Origin: a virus
Taxonomy: Duplodnaviria > Heunggongvirae > Uroviricota > Caudoviricetes
Reading direction: 5' to 3' (one strand)
IMG/VR virus record: IMGVR_UViG_2585427781_000003
DNA length: 19,198 nucleotides
Shown: positions 17,504-19,198 of the stretch, piece by piece
Position numbering within the stretch: the stretch's first letter is position 1
Layout of the letters: every line of letters starts with the position of its first letter
Position numbers and translations under genes: made by a program
Notes under the pieces: generated by a model
What the model was told of the DNA's origin: nothing
Seen by the model: only the letters and a program-made list of their open reading frames with translations
The model's database searches: none

Positions 17504-17718
17504 TATTCACCTCTCGCAGCCTTGCGCTTATCTTCTTTAATCTTGAAATAAAGGTTTGTCAGGTACGTCAGCAGGCCAAATACCAGACTACCCAGCACAC
17601 CGATTGCAGCCCACTGTGACGGAGTTACTCTATCGAGCAACTGTAAAAACCAGTAGCCAGCACTGCCTGCGGAGGTGCCGTAGGCAATGCCTGTTGAAAT
17701 TTTGTCCATGGATTTCAT
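17503..17718 (-). CDS. Pinholin, phage 21 S-like
   Basis: 71 aa from ATG 17718 with a dual-start MKSM motif and GGAGGTGAGGCT RBS; two TM segments. The track ORF begins at an upstream ATG that lacks an RBS. Confidence 0.92.
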   Translation of the reverse strand: MKSMDKISTGIAYGTSAGSAGYWFLQLLDRVTPSQWAAIGVLGSLVFGLLTYLTNLYFKIKEDKRKAARGE

Positions 17719-17820
17719 AGCCTCACCTCCGCACGGAACGGATGGCATAGTTATTATGTGTAGGCTTTCAGACACATCAATCAGAGCCTTAATTGATATA
17801 TATGCTGGAGACGATGCAAT

Positions 17821-17844
17821 ATAAAAAGCTCGCCGTAGCGAGCT
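17821..17844 (-). terminator. Rho-independent terminator-like hairpin between lipoprotein gene 1 and the lysis cassette
   Basis: Minus strand AGCTCGC TACG GCGAGCT followed by TTTTTAT. Confidence 0.55.
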
Positions 17845-17969
17845 AATAAAATGTATTTCTCTGATATTATGTTTATTTGTATTAGCTCAGACTTGACATC
17901 ACAGGTTTCGTATATAGAACATCATCAAATCTGTCAGTTTGCTATGAATGAGATATAGTAATTGAAGAG

Positions 17970-18365
17970 CTAACCTCGCATGTCAAAGCCAGATTTCTGA
18001 AAATCTCTGTAGACTTCCGGATTGTTGAAGGCCGGAAATTTGGCTTTATGAGCTGCGGACTTTATCGCTTCGCAATAGGCTTTATCACCGTTACTGGTAG
18101 ATATTTTTAACGCCGTGCCATCCTGAGAGAATTCCATATGCAACCTGCATTTTTTCCCTTTCCAGTTATGCGGCTCATCAAGTTTGGCATTAATTGCAGC
18201 TCTGATTCCCCGCGCTTGCGCCCCCCATTCATCCTGATCATCCCAGCGTCCTGAACTGCAACTACCTGTAGCAGTAGTTTTGTGGCAATCTGAAGGGTGT
18301 AAAGGTGTGCATCCCGCAACAAAACCGACCCAAAAAGTCAACATAACGATTTTCTTTAATCCCAC
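17970..18365 (-). CDS. Lipoprotein with a TolA C-terminal-domain-like fold (paralog 1)
   Basis: GTG start at 18365 with a GAGGAG RBS; signal peptide and lipobox MGLKKIVMLTFWVGFVAGC; C-terminal region KKCRLHMEFSQDGTALKI...YCEAIKSAAHKAKFPAFNNPEVYRDFQ has the same Cys/Gly/Pro spacing as the TolA C-terminal domain. Confidence 0.8.
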   Translation of the reverse strand: MGLKKIVMLTFWVGFVAGCTPLHPSDCHKTTATGSCSSGRWDDQDEWGAQARGIRAAINAKLDEPHNWKGKKCRLHMEFSQDGTALKISTSNGDKAYCEAIKSAAHKAKFPAFNNPEVYRDFQKSGFDMRG

Positions 18366-18444
18366 TTCTTGCTCCTCAATCCATTAAAATCTCAGCAATA
18401 GTAGTTGTTACGTCCGCCACTGGCTCAGAGCTGACTATCCGCTA

Positions 18445-18473
18445 AATTTAGCTCAGTGCCGTAGCTGTGTCAG
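18445..18473 (-). promoter_or_regulatory. Candidate sigma70-type promoter with an overlapping palindrome, upstream of lipoprotein gene 1
   Basis: Minus strand CTGACA, 17-nt spacer, TAAATT; a perfect 12-bp palindrome GCTAAATTTAGC (18441-18452) overlaps the -10 element. Confidence 0.3.
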
Positions 18474-18515
18474 AACAAACCTAAGCCGAAACCGTTTATT
18501 ACAAAACAATAAATA

Positions 18516-18937
18516 TCAGGGTTTAAAATCCAGCACCCCATTTTGAAATACTTTATATACTTCCGGCGAAGGGGGGGCAGGTATATCAGCATTCTTTATC
18601 GCATTCATCGCTTCACGACATAAATCGAGGTCTCCACTTTCTCTTTTAACCTCCAGTAGAAGGCCATTCGGGGCCATATGCATTCTCAGTGTACACTCTT
18701 TTCCTGAATACTTACTCGCATCCCCGAACTGTTTTTCGATGGCGCTCTTGATTTGATGGGCATACAGACGGATATCCTCACTAACATCAGAAGTACGTTC
18801 AGATGAACTCACATACTGTGTCTCTATTGCTTTATCGGAGTAATATGATGTACGGTCATGATAATTTGTCGATACAGCATCAGTGCACCCGATAATAATC
18901 CCACTAATAATCAACGTAAGAATTGATGCGCTACGAA
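18516..18937 (-). pseudogene. Lipoprotein with a TolA C-terminal-domain-like fold (paralog 2), 5' end truncated by IS2
   Basis: Native sequence resumes inside the signal peptide (..IRSASILTLIISGIIIGC) at the IS2 junction. The first 12 codons of the track ORF (from 18974) are IS2 sequence. The C-terminal 90 aa resemble TolA domain III closely. Confidence 0.8.
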
Positions 18938-19198
18938 TGGATTTGCCCCTATATTTCCAGACACCTGTTATCACTTAATCCATTACTGGCCTGCTGCCGC
19001 AGATATTCCCGTGGCGAGCGATAACCCAGTGCACTATGCGGATGCCATTCGTTATAATGCTCGAACGCCTCTGCAAGGTTCTTTGCTGCCGTTAACCCGT
19101 CTGGTTTAGGCATGATACTGATGTAGTCACGCTTTATCGTTTTCACGAAGCTCTCTGCTATGCCGTTACTCTCCGGACTCCGCACCGCCGTGTTCTTC
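18938..19198 (-). mobile_element. IS2 insertion sequence, partial (transposase-proximal end)
   Basis: 18938-18965 TGGATTTGCCCCTATATTTCCAGACACC matches the IS2 terminal inverted repeat as I recall it; the adjacent ORF is the InsD C-terminus. Confidence 0.92.
18949..19198 (-). CDS. insD: IS2 (IS3-family) transposase OrfB/InsD, C-terminal part (5' end beyond the window)
   Basis: Track ORF ...[76 protein letters not shown] is the characteristic IS2 transposase C-terminus; the frame stays open to the window edge. Confidence 0.9.
   Translation of the reverse strand, partial: KNTAVRSPESNGIAESFVKTIKRDYISIMPKPDGLTAAKNLAEAFEHYNEWHPHSALGYRSPREYLRQQASNGLSDNRCLEI

Noticed and set aside
1-19198. CRISPR arrays, rRNA or tRNA genes (including a tRNA-type attachment site)
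   Set aside because: No regularly spaced direct repeats and no intergenic segment of the right size and composition for a tRNA; the non-coding gaps are short and AT-rich or taken up by terminator hairpins. Judged by eye only; a tRNA scan would be the decisive check.

Overview
This window reads as the late region (lysis, packaging, head, tail) of a lambdoid, Rac-like prophage from an E. coli/Shigella-type enterobacterium. Every credible gene is on the minus strand, so transcription runs from high to low coordinates. The prophage is damaged by insertion sequences at both ends: a partial IS1 (1-696) has cut the tail tape measure gene, and a partial IS2 (18938-19198) has cut the 5' end of a lipoprotein gene. 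Gene order in transcription direction: two paralogous lipoproteins with a TolA C-terminal-domain-like fold, an S21-type pinholin, a SAR endolysin, Rz with embedded Rz1, a low-GC trkG potassium transporter moron, a ParB-like / GT-A-like / small HTH cassette, terminase small and large subunits, portal, Mu F-like head morphogenesis protein, scaffold, major capsid, head-tail joining genes (one broken by a frameshift), major tail protein, the G / G-T tail chaperone with an A AAA AAG slippery site, and the tape measure gene. I saw no rRNA, tRNA or CRISPR array. The two accessory modules I consider most worth follow-up are the TolA-domain-like lipoproteins upstream of the lysis cassette and the ParB-like plus GT-A-like pair upstream of the terminase. 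All family assignments are from reading the translations and from memory of known families; no database search was run.
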